From positions 1 through 26,471 of IMG/VR virus record IMGVR_UViG_3300027797_002818: a DNA stretch of 26,471 nucleotides. One strand, 5' to 3'. The first letter of the stretch is position 1; each line of letters begins with the position of its first letter. The notes under the pieces were generated by a model, which saw only the letters and a program-made list of their open reading frames with translations, had not been told where the DNA came from and ran no database searches. A program made the translations under genes and the position numbers. This DNA is from a virus. Taxonomy: Duplodnaviria > Caudoviricetes. Positions 1 to 8,007 of the stretch are shown here, one piece after another.

Positions 1-532
1 CGTAGTTCATGAAGAATATCTGAGACTTGTTGGGCAGGACGAATGTAGCGTCAGTAAATCCATTCTTCTGGGAGTACTGGATGTTGGTGACCTTGGTCTT
101 CTTAGCGTTTTTGTATTCCGGCGGCATGTATTTCCAGATAACCGCCTGCTGCATCTGAATGGAGGTCTGCGAGGTTGTATGCAGGCACCACACCCTTGAG
201 TTCGGCCGGCTGCACAGAAGCTGCATGACGCGCTTGGCTGCGTATTCCGTTTTTCCAGCGCGGTTACCGCCCATGATCAGGAGCTCGTTGCCAGACATCA
301 GGAGTCCGTCGGCGTCATGCCAGTGGTCCGGCTCGTAGCCATGCCTGTAGGGGTCTAGCTCCTCTGCCTTAATCTTTTCTTCGCGCCGCTTAAGCACATC
401 GACCACCCCATCTGGGCCAAGCTCGCGCGCTAGCTCAACCAGATCATCCTTTGATGGCGTATGTATTATTGGATGCCGCGTGACCATCAGCGGGTCGTCG
501 CGCGTCCCGATATTGATCTGCTCGAAGCTCAC
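1..532 (-). CDS. terL: Terminase large subunit, N-terminal ATPase part (3' end runs off the window)
   Basis: Not in the ORF track. Translating from GTG at 532 (GTGA overlap with the upstream stop) gives MSFEQINIGTRDDPLMVTRHP...LLIMGGNRAGKTEYAAKRV...RVWCLHTT...IFFMNY, open to base 1. GGNRAGKT is the terminase-type Walker A motif. Confidence 0.9.
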   Translation of the reverse strand, partial: MSFEQINIGTRDDPLMVTRHPIIHTPSKDDLVELARELGPDGVVDVLKRREEKIKAEELDPYRHGYEPDHWHDADGLLMSGNELLIMGGNRAGKTEYAAKRVMQLLCSRPNSRVWCLHTTSQTSIQMQQAVIWKYMPPEYKNAKKTKVTNIQYSQKNGFTDATFVLPNKSQIFFMNY

Positions 533-1107
533 GTGTTAGCCCTGCTGGCAAAGCCCCTTTTCCCTGCACCGAGTATGTCTATGTTCACGCCCCCCGCACT
601 CCTACCAAACCCAACTGAAATTGGTCCTGCTACAATGTTCGGGAACTTGCCCGGAAACATTTCCGGTGACCCGTATCTGGCGCCCGCTAGGGCGCCCGCT
701 TCGTTTTTTTCTCCTTTGCCGCCATTGCTACGCTGCCGGTGAAAGCCAGCTCGGTACTCACGACTGTGCCGCATTATACCTTCCGCGCCTTCCTCGATAC
801 CGACAGACCCGCCGTACTTGGTGTTCTTTTTCTCGCCGCCGGCGTTAATCATTCCCTGAGCGCCCATTGCGATGGTCACTCGATTTAGGAATATTGTGCT
901 AGGCTTAAGCCCTGCCTCCCTTGACCGGGCGATGTGTTCCCTGTCTTCTTCCAGATGTAGCTTCCGCGCAAACGGCGAAAGAAGGTCCAAGTTTGCCTCG
1001 TATGGAGATTTCTTGGTAGCTTGCTGAGAGACAGCCTTCCGAGTCCGGGCCTGTTCGGCTGGGCTTGGGATCTCGAGGAGATCGTCTTCTTCGTCGGATC
1101 GTGACAT
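529..1107 (-). CDS. Hypothetical phage protein, 192 aa
   Basis: ATG start 3 nt after the upstream stop; its stop overlaps the terL start. No family recognised. Confidence 0.75.
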   Translation of the reverse strand: MSRSDEEDDLLEIPSPAEQARTRKAVSQQATKKSPYEANLDLLSPFARKLHLEEDREHIARSREAGLKPSTIFLNRVTIAMGAQGMINAGGEKKNTKYGGSVGIEEGAEGIMRHSREYRAGFHRQRSNGGKGEKNEAGALAGARYGSPEMFPGKFPNIVAGPISVGFGRSAGGVNIDILGAGKRGFASRANT

Positions 1108-1110
1108 TAT

Positions 1111-1569
1111 TTACGGGCCCTTGGTTTCTCCATGGCGTCGCTTGATTGCTGAAAACAGCTTCGCCGCGCTCAAGGGCCGTTGCGAGCAGATTAGTTTCCC
1201 GCCCTTCCGGTCAACCTCTACCTCGGCGCCCGGATAAAACAGCTTGGCATTGGCGACAACGACGTTGTGGGATTTGCCGTCAATAAGGACAGACATCAGC
1301 CGCTGGTTTGGCCAGTTGGTCCGGGTAACGATGGCTATCTTAGGCCAGACATCCTGCTCGGTAGTCGTAAGCTTAAACTTGGCGAGAACCTTGAGGTAGC
1401 CGCCGTCGGTGAATATGATTGGGCACATATGAGCCGGCTTGGCGCCCTGCGTCTCACGAAACCAGTCTTCGCCTTCCTTGAGCTGAGCGCGCCGAAAGGC
1501 TATCATCTCGTCTCGGGGCAAGCCATACCGGGCTATTATCTCCTTCTCAGTCTGGGTTGTGGGATGCAT
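1111..1569 (-). CDS. Hypothetical phage protein (probable start MHPTTQTEKEII, 152 aa)
   Basis: Co-oriented between rusA and the next gene. ATG at 1569 overlaps the end of rusA slightly; the longer ORF-track start is buried inside rusA. Confidence 0.7.
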   Translation of the reverse strand: MHPTTQTEKEIIARYGLPRDEMIAFRRAQLKEGEDWFRETQGAKPAHMCPIIFTDGGYLKVLAKFKLTTTEQDVWPKIAIVTRTNWPNQRLMSVLIDGKSHNVVVANAKLFYPGAEVEVDRKGGKLICSQRPLSAAKLFSAIKRRHGETKGP

Positions 1570-2041
1570 AGAGGGCGTCGACGAAGGCTTCATCGATCCA
1601 AGGAGCTGGACAGATGCGGACTCCGACAAAAGGCTGGTGGTGGCGGCACTTGACGACTTGGCCGAAAACGACCTGTGCGTCGTCGTGCCAGAATCCTTCG
1701 CGCGTCAGGATATCGCAGATGGTCTTGGGCAAGTTGTCCCAGTCAGGTTTGACCGCATGTGGCAGGCTCTTGGCCTTATCGCCCTTGTTCAGGGGGAAGG
1801 CAAAGGTAAGCCTAAGCCAAAGCGGGCCCTCAATGGGCTTGTCCGGCTTGTGCCGGCGAATCTGCATGGCGAACAGCTCGCCCCAATTCTTGATCTTCGA
1901 CTTGGACGTCTTGCCGATGAATTGCCGGCCATCCTTCGTCTTCAGGATTCGGAGGTCAGCTTGGTGAGTTGTCCTGATTGGCTCAATGTGCGTAATGAAG
2001 TCGATCCTAAGCGGGTCGCGGCTCACAAGCTCATTTGACAT
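1547..2041 (-). CDS. rusA: RusA-family Holliday junction resolvase
   Basis: Motifs PIEGPLWLRLTFAFP, KPDWDNLPKTICDIL and GFWHDDAQVV match the RusA KPDxDNxxK...D...DDxQV signature. Start placed at ATG 2041 (MSNELV). Confidence 0.9.
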   Translation of the reverse strand: MSNELVSRDPLRIDFITHIEPIRTTHQADLRILKTKDGRQFIGKTSKSKIKNWGELFAMQIRRHKPDKPIEGPLWLRLTFAFPLNKGDKAKSLPHAVKPDWDNLPKTICDILTREGFWHDDAQVVFGQVVKCRHHQPFVGVRICPAPWIDEAFVDALYASHNPD

Positions 2042-2077
2042 GGGCAGATTTATTGTAACACTCCCGAAGCATGTCAA
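2035..2077. promoter_or_regulatory. Overlapping divergent sigma70-like promoters, probably leaderless
   Basis: TTGACA at 2035-2040 (+) and at 2077-2072 (-), each ending 30 nt before the ATG of the downstream gene. Candidate -10 boxes are AACACT (+, 16 nt spacer) and TGnTACAAT (-). Confidence 0.6.
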
Positions 2078-2691
2078 ACGAGAATGAGCGTCTGGATACG
2101 AACCCGAGCTCTGACCATAATGCCAGTCGCATCACTACGGAGCGCAAGAACGCGGTGATGGAGCTGCTCCGCGCCGGGCGCGGTATCGACGAGATTGCTA
2201 AAGACCAGCGCATGTCTCCCAACAACGTCATGGCCATCAAACGGCAGATGCCGGAGGTCACCGGCCTGAACGACGAGTTCAAGACCGCGACTGTCCGCAA
2301 CCTCAAGAGCTTCGTCCAACAGGCCAGCCAGAAGCTGGTCGACGAGATTGACAGCTTGCATGTCTCCCAGATCCCAATCGCCATGGGTATCGCCATAGAC
2401 AAGATTCTGACCCTCCAAGACCAGCCACAGGCAGTCGTGGAACACAGATTTTCCATAGACCATGCTTCGCTCGACAGACTGCTTAAATCTCGCGGCGCCG
2501 AGCTAGCTAGGGCCAAGGAGGTCGTCATAGATGCCCAAGTCGTGGTAGACCGGCCGGTGGAAACTGAGAAATACCTGAAGTGGGCTAAGGACCCTAGGGG
2601 GATTTTTTTGAATTCAGCCGATACCCCTGATGACCCGTCAGCCCCAGCGCCAGCGGCAGCCGCCGGACCCCCCCCGCCCCCTTCAGCGTAG
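2071..2691 (+). CDS. HTH DNA-binding protein, putative terminase small subunit
   Basis: N-terminal HTH-like segment (ERKNAVMELLRAGRGIDEIAKDQRMSPNNVMAIKRQ), then two long helices, a VVEHR strand and a low-complexity tail. This is a TerS-like layout, 1.5 kb from terL. Function is inferred. Confidence 0.6.
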   Translation: MSNENERLDTNPSSDHNASRITTERKNAVMELLRAGRGIDEIAKDQRMSPNNVMAIKRQMPEVTGLNDEFKTATVRNLKSFVQQASQKLVDEIDSLHVSQIPIAMGIAIDKILTLQDQPQAVVEHRFSIDHASLDRLLKSRGAELARAKEVVIDAQVVVDRPVETEKYLKWAKDPRGIFLNSADTPDDPSAPAPAAAAGPPPPPSA

Positions 2692-2911
2692 CAGCTCAGG
2701 CCGGATAGCAGGTCAATGCGCACAACAGGTATTATGTCTAGTGCTTGTCAGGTGCTGATCTTACACCAAATGCACGTCTAACCAGCGCGGCCGCAGATAG
2801 GGGGCTTGACACAGGTGCTTCTTTAGGGGACTACCATCCGAGGGTCACGCGTCGATTATATCCCTGTCCTAGGTCAATCAGGGTCACGGAATGACCAACC
2901 GGTAGTCTGGG

Positions 2912-3382
2912 TCAGGTCGAGCTGTCCAATGAGCTCCTGAGGCAGCCCAGATGGGTAAATCGATGTAATGGGATGATGACCATATCCTCCATGGCATTGG
3001 GATCATCTGGTCTGTCAGTCCGGCCGGCAAAGGTTAGCTGGGGGTATGGCTCGCAAGCTCGCACATACCTGACAGCGTCGGACGTGGCACAATGGACGGC
3101 TACGAAGGCTGGCCGATTGGTCGTGTCCGATAGCTCCAACAGGTAATCCCACTTGTGCTTGGATAGCCAGAAATCCTCGCGGTGGAGTGACCGGCATTTG
3201 ATCTCCAGATAGGCATGCGCGAATAGCTTATCATCTGCATGGGAGTGCCTGCATAGGGCATAGTCATGGATGGCTAATTGGCCGGATGGCACAGGGACGC
3301 AATTCCACCTGATGGATAGGAAATCAGCTACCGCGCGCTCACGCTGCCGGTCCTTGTTGGTCTCGTAGATTGGGATGGACAT
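2912..3382 (-). CDS. PD-(D/E)XK restriction-endonuclease-like protein
   Basis: ERAVADFL helix, HDYAL strand, YLEIKCR (ExK motif), then WLSKHKW and PAFVAVH, as in small phage PD-(D/E)XK nucleases. Confidence 0.7.
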   Translation of the reverse strand: MSIPIYETNKDRQRERAVADFLSIRWNCVPVPSGQLAIHDYALCRHSHADDKLFAHAYLEIKCRSLHREDFWLSKHKWDYLLELSDTTNRPAFVAVHCATSDAVRYVRACEPYPQLTFAGRTDRPDDPNAMEDMVIIPLHRFTHLGCLRSSLDSST

Positions 3383-3412
3383 GTGGTACGATTAGATCTG
3401 GATTGAGATGCC

Positions 3413-3796
3413 ATGAGACGCAAACCTAAAACCAAAAAGATAAAGCCACGCGTAAGCACAAGCCCAGCTGATAAGCTAGGGCCTGATGTGAAGCCTAAGA
3501 ACCGCACTTGGTTCGATGATGTGATAGATGATAACGATGACCTAAGCGGTTGCATATTGCTCGAGCCGCGCGAGGAGCTTGACGAAGCTATCGTTGGTTG
3601 GGATCCAGATGGTAAGCACGTATACTACAGCTACGAGAAGCTGATTGCTTGCTACTATGAGGCCTTCGAAGATGAGGCCGATGAATGCGAGCGCATGACA
3701 CAGGCCACCGAATGGGTGGACTATAATATTGTGCGCGGCGTGGTCTATATGGGCGATAGGCAGCCTGTGCTGATCCGCACCGGCGAGCGCATGTGA
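3413..3796 (+). CDS. Acidic hypothetical phage protein
   Basis: LDEAIVG...YSYEKLI...EWVDYNIVRGVVYMGDRQPVLI resembles a widespread uncharacterised phage family (DxAIIG...EYFxYNxxGAYMGExTP). Confidence 0.8.
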   Translation: MRRKPKTKKIKPRVSTSPADKLGPDVKPKNRTWFDDVIDDNDDLSGCILLEPREELDEAIVGWDPDGKHVYYSYEKLIACYYEAFEDEADECERMTQATEWVDYNIVRGVVYMGDRQPVLIRTGERM

Positions 3797-3803
3797 TTTG
3801 ACT

Positions 3804-3879
<76 letters not shown>

Positions 3880-3897
3880 AATAATAGGTCAACTAGC

Positions 3898-3951
3898 TTG
3901 ACATGAGCTAGGGGATGGGTCAAAACGTTTGCCTCACCCAATACTACACAC
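3898..3951 (+). promoter_or_regulatory. Putative promoter with conserved leader
   Basis: TTGACA 3898-3903, 17 nt spacer, weak -10 CAAAAC. CCTCACCCAATA begins 34 nt after the start of the -35, exactly as at 8008. Confidence 0.55.
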
Positions 3952-4170
3952 ATGAGAACCGCAGCAGAACTTAAGGTACGCGACGCATTGTTCGCTATCA
4001 TCCACGAACACACAGCCAAGGTCGTCAAGGCCGAGACCGGGGGCACCATCGACCCGGACGCAAGCGTTGCGGCCAACATCCGGCGCAAGGAGCGCGCGAT
4101 CAGCTTCAACACGACCCTCATCAATGAGGTCTACGCTATGCTCGAGAAGCTTGAGCTTCGTAACCGCTAA
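3952..4170 (+). CDS. Hypothetical protein, 72 aa
   Basis: ATG preceded by ACACAC leader; C-ending codon bias. Confidence 0.8.
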   Translation: MRTAAELKVRDALFAIIHEHTAKVVKAETGGTIDPDASVAANIRRKERAISFNTTLINEVYAMLEKLELRNR

Positions 4171-4184
4171 TTTCCCATACACAC

Positions 4185-4622
4185 ATGACCACAAACCTCA
4201 GACCAGAAAAGTACGAATACACGGCCCACATCGAGACTGTCTCTATTGGCAGCCGCATCAGCCCACGCAAATACGAGTACGTCGTAGGTTGCTTGCGCGG
4301 CCCTAAGTTCATCGAGCATAAGCTCGCTCAGCTTAAGGTTGAGATCGCCAACATCGAGGCCAAGATGGCCCTCATCACCGAGAGCCATAAGGATTGGATG
4401 TGGCTCAGTAGTTGGCATCGCAATGCCAAGGACTCGTATGAGCGCCATCAGAACGATGGCCCATATTGGGTGATCGCTGGATACTGCGGCAACATGAACC
4501 TTGCTATGAAGCTGCGCGACAAGGAGGCCCGGGTCGTCAATGGCCTCTCTTGGGACGATGTACGCATTGTTCCTCTCAGTGTTCGCGCGATCAAGACTCG
4601 CGCCAAGGGGACACAATCGTGA
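4185..4622 (+). CDS. Hypothetical protein with central coiled coil, 145 aa
   Basis: ACACAC-ATG leader; heptad segment HKLAQLKVEIANIEAKMAL. Confidence 0.8.
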   Translation: MTTNLRPEKYEYTAHIETVSIGSRISPRKYEYVVGCLRGPKFIEHKLAQLKVEIANIEAKMALITESHKDWMWLSSWHRNAKDSYERHQNDGPYWVIAGYCGNMNLAMKLRDKEARVVNGLSWDDVRIVPLSVRAIKTRAKGTQS

Positions 4623-4768
4623 GCGACGATACCAAACGACGCGAGTTGTTCGCAGCATTCCGCGCGCTTAGCTCTGGCACCCCAAAGGTTGTCATTGACG
4701 GCGTTGAGTATGGCCCTGATGCCATGCCCATGATTCTCGATTGGATCGAGGACATGACCACTCGCTAA
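4619..4768 (+). CDS. Small hypothetical protein, 49 aa (MSDDTKRRELF...)
   Basis: GTGA start/stop overlap at 4619-4622; fills the gap up to the next leader. Confidence 0.65.
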   Translation: MSDDTKRRELFAAFRALSSGTPKVVIDGVEYGPDAMPMILDWIEDMTTR

Positions 4769-4785
4769 TTTCCACCCACACATAC

Positions 4786-5664
4786 ATGGACCCAAACAAC
4801 ACCAACATCTCGCCTCTCATCCGGGAGCGCGAGTTCGCAGACAACGCCAAGATCACGATTCGTGAGGTCAACGTCATTCCGACGGCTGACTATCGCAGTC
4901 ATGACGGCATCAACCAGAGCCTGATCAAAAAGATTCTCGAGCACGGCTGCAATGCCGGGCACAAGATCTACAGCGAGCAGGATATGACCGACGACATCAT
5001 CCTTGGCCGCTATTACCATTCGGTATGCGCGGGTGAGGAGCTTAGTGATATCTATCAGCTCATGCCCAAGCTCGATAAGCGCACAACCGAAGGCAAGAAC
5101 CTGTTCAGAATGTTCACGGCTGAAGCTGAGTCTAAGGGCAAGCTTCTCATCGCTGAGGACATTGCAGCCAAGGCTAACGCCCTTGCTATTGATGGCTTCA
5201 GGCTGATGCGAGCGCTCAATCCGGCCGGCGGAGCTAAGCCTATCTTTGAGCTTAGCCTTGTGGCCACGATTGACCTCGAGCATGGCGATACGCGTATCCC
5301 GAATGTCTGCATTAAGGGTCAGCTCGATTACGTCGAGGTGCTCAACTCTGGTAAGGTATTCGTGGGCGACTACAAGACCGCGCCTCAATGCACGTTCGAA
5401 GCGGTCAAGCGCAAGTGCCGCGATAGTAACTGGGGCCTTCAGGCTTACGTCTATTCGCTGCTTGCTAGTGCTCACTTCAAGATGCCGGTTGAATGCTCGT
5501 ACGTTGTGAGTGCTAAGGACACGATGAATACGCGCGCGTTCGATATCAGCCAGCAGACGCTCGACTATGGTAAGCGCGACCTGATCGCCGGCCTGTACCG
5601 CATCCACACCCAACGTGACCTTGGTCTCTCTGATGAGAAGTACCTCTGGCGCTCGAGCCTGTAA
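4786..5664 (+). CDS. RecE/exonuclease VIII-like PD-(D/E)XK nuclease (DUF3799-like)
   Basis: DYRSHDGINQSLIKKIL, LGRYYHSV, FELSL, IKGQLDYV, VGDYKT and WGLQAYVY are the ordered motifs of this family. Start moved to ATG 4786 after the AC-rich leader. Confidence 0.88.
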   Translation: MDPNNTNISPLIREREFADNAKITIREVNVIPTADYRSHDGINQSLIKKILEHGCNAGHKIYSEQDMTDDIILGRYYHSVCAGEELSDIYQLMPKLDKRTTEGKNLFRMFTAEAESKGKLLIAEDIAAKANALAIDGFRLMRALNPAGGAKPIFELSLVATIDLEHGDTRIPNVCIKGQLDYVEVLNSGKVFVGDYKTAPQCTFEAVKRKCRDSNWGLQAYVYSLLASAHFKMPVECSYVVSAKDTMNTRAFDISQQTLDYGKRDLIAGLYRIHTQRDLGLSDEKYLWRSSL

Positions 5665-5882
5665 TGGAACTCACACCACATGATGGCGCCGGCAACAGGT
5701 ACGTAATGGTCCTGTCCGCGCCGCAGGGCGGTCTCGCCCAGATGGTACGCAACCCAGAGGGCAACTGGGTTCCTTACGCGGACTACGCTATCCTTCAAGA
5801 GGAGCTTGAGAAGTTCCGCGCGCTTGCATGCGCTACGCCGATCAGGCCTAAGGGCAATGTGAAGCCTAAGATTAATGAGTGA
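5664..5882 (+). CDS. Hypothetical protein, 72 aa
   Basis: TAATG coupling with the exonuclease stop; end overlaps the start of the initiator gene. Confidence 0.7.
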   Translation: MELTPHDGAGNRYVMVLSAPQGGLAQMVRNPEGNWVPYADYAILQEELEKFRALACATPIRPKGNVKPKINE

Positions 5883-6531
5883 CCTGCCATTCAAGGGCGT
5901 GTGGATACCGGCCAAGGTATTTAGTAACCCCAACATCAGCACGAACGCCAAGTTCCTCTGGAGCATCGTACACATACTCAGTAATGAGCGTGGGTGCTAT
6001 GCCTCTAGGGCCACACTTGGTGCTTACCTGCATTGCACAGACCGCAACGTCCAGATGCTCATCGGGGAGCTTGTTGAGGCCGGCCTGATCACGCGCGACG
6101 AAAAGGGTGTGCTCTGGGACGTGGTCACACTCAGCTTGGAGGGTGAAGAAAACTTCACCGGGGGGGTGAAGAAAACTTCCGGTGGGGGGCGAAAGAAACT
6201 TCACCCTATAGATACAACTGATGTAAATGATAAGACTAAGATACAGGCGTATGAGCTTGGGGTGGCTATTGCTGAGCTCCATGGAGACGTGAACATAGCA
6301 TGGGGTAAGTACCTTGAGGTGCGCCGGGCCCGCAAATGGACCACCAGCGTCAGCTGGATGCTCAAGCAGGTGAAATACCTGTCTGGCTTCGATCCTAAGT
6401 CCGCCATCGACGCTCTTGAGGTATCCAGTCGCAACGAGTGGCAATCTATCCATGTGAAGGCAGCCACGGGCCTCTATGGCCGCGTGGTGAAGCCGGCGCA
6501 GTCCGACAATGACCACGCCAAGGGATTCTGA
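5875..6531 (+). CDS. Phage replication initiator (N-terminal winged HTH, analogous to lambda O)
   Basis: FKGVWIP...AKFLW...GCYASRATLGAYLHCTDRNVQMLIGELVEAGLI is an HTH_36-like initiator N-terminus. Internal iterons; a DnaC-like gene follows. Confidence 0.85.
   Translation: MSDLPFKGVWIPAKVFSNPNISTNAKFLWSIVHILSNERGCYASRATLGAYLHCTDRNVQMLIGELVEAGLITRDEKGVLWDVVTLSLEGEENFTGGVKKTSGGGRKKLHPIDTTDVNDKTKIQAYELGVAIAELHGDVNIAWGKYLEVRRARKWTTSVSWMLKQVKYLSGFDPKSAIDALEVSSRNEWQSIHVKAATGLYGRVVKPAQSDNDHAKGF
6141..6245. repeat. Iteron array (3 units, 23-bp period) plus AT-richer tract, putative replication origin
   Basis: GGGTGAAGAAAACTTCACC (6141), GGGTGAAGAAAACTTCCGG (6164), GGGCGAAAGAAACTTCACC (6187), followed by TATAGATACAACTGATGTAAATGATAAGACTAAGATAC. 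Confidence 0.8.
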
Positions 6532-6532
6532 C

Positions 6533-6706
6533 ATGAAACAGATCAACGACACCAAGTACCACATGCTGCCTGATGGCTCTGTGGTCCGGCCACTCAAGGC
6601 TAGGACCAAGGGCAAGGTGAGGTACTTTAACCTTCGACTTGATGGCCGCCTCAAGGCGTTCAGCGAGAAGACAATCAGGGCTATGTACAATGACGCACGA
6701 AGCTAA
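6533..6706 (+). CDS. Small basic protein, 57 aa, weak NUMOD4-like pattern
   Basis: ATG 1 nt after the initiator stop. YHMLPDGSVVRPLK...YFNLRLDG resembles the NUMOD4 DNA-binding motif; no HNH follows. Confidence 0.65.
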   Translation: MKQINDTKYHMLPDGSVVRPLKARTKGKVRYFNLRLDGRLKAFSEKTIRAMYNDARS

Positions 6707-7409
6707 GCCCTGTGTGAATTGCGGCTGTATGATCCAGCCTAACGTGCTCGAGATTGCCGGCCATGTGATCAGGCTGGCGCCGGCTGAGTATTGTTGCGCG
6801 GAAGCTTGCGTGTTGGCAGCCGAGGCTATCCGCGCGAAGGAGGAGGGCATTAAGCCTAGCCCCAGTAACACGGATGGATGCCCAGAGCTGTTCAAGGATA
6901 CTGATCCCAACAGGCTGCCCGAGGTGCTGCGCAACGTGGCCATGCATTGGGATCCGGCTGTGACCAAGCGGTCTATCATCATACACGGAGCTACTCGCAA
7001 GGGTAAGACCCGGTGCATGTGGTATGTGCGCAACAGGCTCAAGGGCGCTAAGCGTTTCGTACGAATCCTTACCATGTTCGAGCTTGAGGCCGACCTTGTT
7101 GCCGCGTGGGGCAAGGATAGGTGGGATAAGATGATGCGCGACCTCGTTGAGTGTGACGTGCTTGGCCTTGATGACCTTGGCAAAGAGAAGATGACCGAGC
7201 GTATGGCCTCTGTGCTGTTCGCGCTCATCGACCAGCGAACACAAGCCCTTAGGCCCACCATCATCACGACTAACCACACCGGCCAGTCGCTGCTTGATAG
7301 GTTTCCAGACAAAGAGATCGGCACAGCGTTTGTCGCGCGCCTCAAGGATAAGGACTTGTTCTCGAGCGTAGCTGTGGCGCCGGGCGTTGAGACGCCTGAG
7401 ATGATATGA
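6690..7409 (+). CDS. DnaC/IstB-like AAA+ ATPase (helicase loader) with N-terminal Cys cluster
   Basis: Walker A HGATRKGKT, Walker B VLGLDDLGKE, LIDQR, TIITTN and ARL; N-terminal CVNC...CCAEAC. Start moved to ATG 6690. Confidence 0.92.
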   Translation: MTHEAKPCVNCGCMIQPNVLEIAGHVIRLAPAEYCCAEACVLAAEAIRAKEEGIKPSPSNTDGCPELFKDTDPNRLPEVLRNVAMHWDPAVTKRSIIIHGATRKGKTRCMWYVRNRLKGAKRFVRILTMFELEADLVAAWGKDRWDKMMRDLVECDVLGLDDLGKEKMTERMASVLFALIDQRTQALRPTIITTNHTGQSLLDRFPDKEIGTAFVARLKDKDLFSSVAVAPGVETPEMI

Positions 7410-7561
7410 AGCAGAAGCGCCGGCCAGAACTTATGAGACCCGGCATGAAGCTTCTCACGCCTCTCGAAATCAGGAAGGTATCTAGCCGCAAGGCCATTGA
7501 CTATAAAAGGTGGATGGCCCTGTTTGATGTAGCATGCAATAAGTGGAGGCTCATCAAATGA
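7406..7561 (+). CDS. Small basic hypothetical protein, 51 aa (MKQKRRPELMRPG...)
   Basis: Below the ORF-track cutoff. ATGA overlaps at both ends (7406-7409 and 7558-7561). Confidence 0.7.
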   Translation: MKQKRRPELMRPGMKLLTPLEIRKVSSRKAIDYKRWMALFDVACNKWRLIK

Positions 7562-7989
7562 AGTGGCTCATGTTCCTTGCATCTGTCACTGGCTTTGCTG
7601 ATCAGACTGAATGGGTGCGCAAGCTTGAGACCGGCAGCGTGTCTGATCCTGACGCATGCCTGCATACGTCGCGCGGATTTGTCATAGCTCGCGGTGCGTA
7701 TGGAATAAGCAATGACGCATGGAGCGAAGTATCCAAGGCTCCATGGATTGATGCACACAATCGCTGGGCCGCGCGTAGAGCTTGTGCTGCGTATCTGGAA
7801 ATCACCTACATACGTCTCCGGGCCAAGCTCAAGCGCCCGATCACTTTTGCGGATGTGTATGCCGGATACCGCTTTGGAGTCACTGGATACGTCCGAATGG
7901 GGGGCACAATCAGCTCTACACCCCCTAATTTCAGGGCAAAAGTGCAAGAATATCACGTTCCATATCAACGACTTACCAACTTTAAGTAA
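7558..7989 (+). CDS. Lysozyme-fold (lytic transglycosylase-like) protein with short signal peptide
   Basis: MKWLMFLASVTGFA leader, then LETGS (catalytic Glu position), ARGAYGI, AW, AAYL and YAGYRFG in the SLT motif order. Confidence 0.65.
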   Translation: MKWLMFLASVTGFADQTEWVRKLETGSVSDPDACLHTSRGFVIARGAYGISNDAWSEVSKAPWIDAHNRWAARRACAAYLEITYIRLRAKLKRPITFADVYAGYRFGVTGYVRMGGTISSTPPNFRAKVQEYHVPYQRLTNFK

Positions 7990-8007
7990 GTATTTGTTAA
8001 ATAGGTG

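Noticed and set aside
461-2038. Plus-strand ORFs 461-742, 621-848, 1267-1653, 1559-2038 and 1614-1967
   Set aside because: They overlap the tightly coupled minus-strand rusA-to-terL operon and have no supporting motifs.
2625-2645. CTGATGA hammerhead-like core (also near 5630)
   Set aside because: Both are inside coding regions and lack a stem II followed by GAAA with flanking stems.
6141-6205. Palindromic repeats as a mini-CRISPR array
   Set aside because: The 23-bp period leaves only about 4 nt between units, so there are no spacers; the repeats lie inside an initiator CDS and no cas genes are present.
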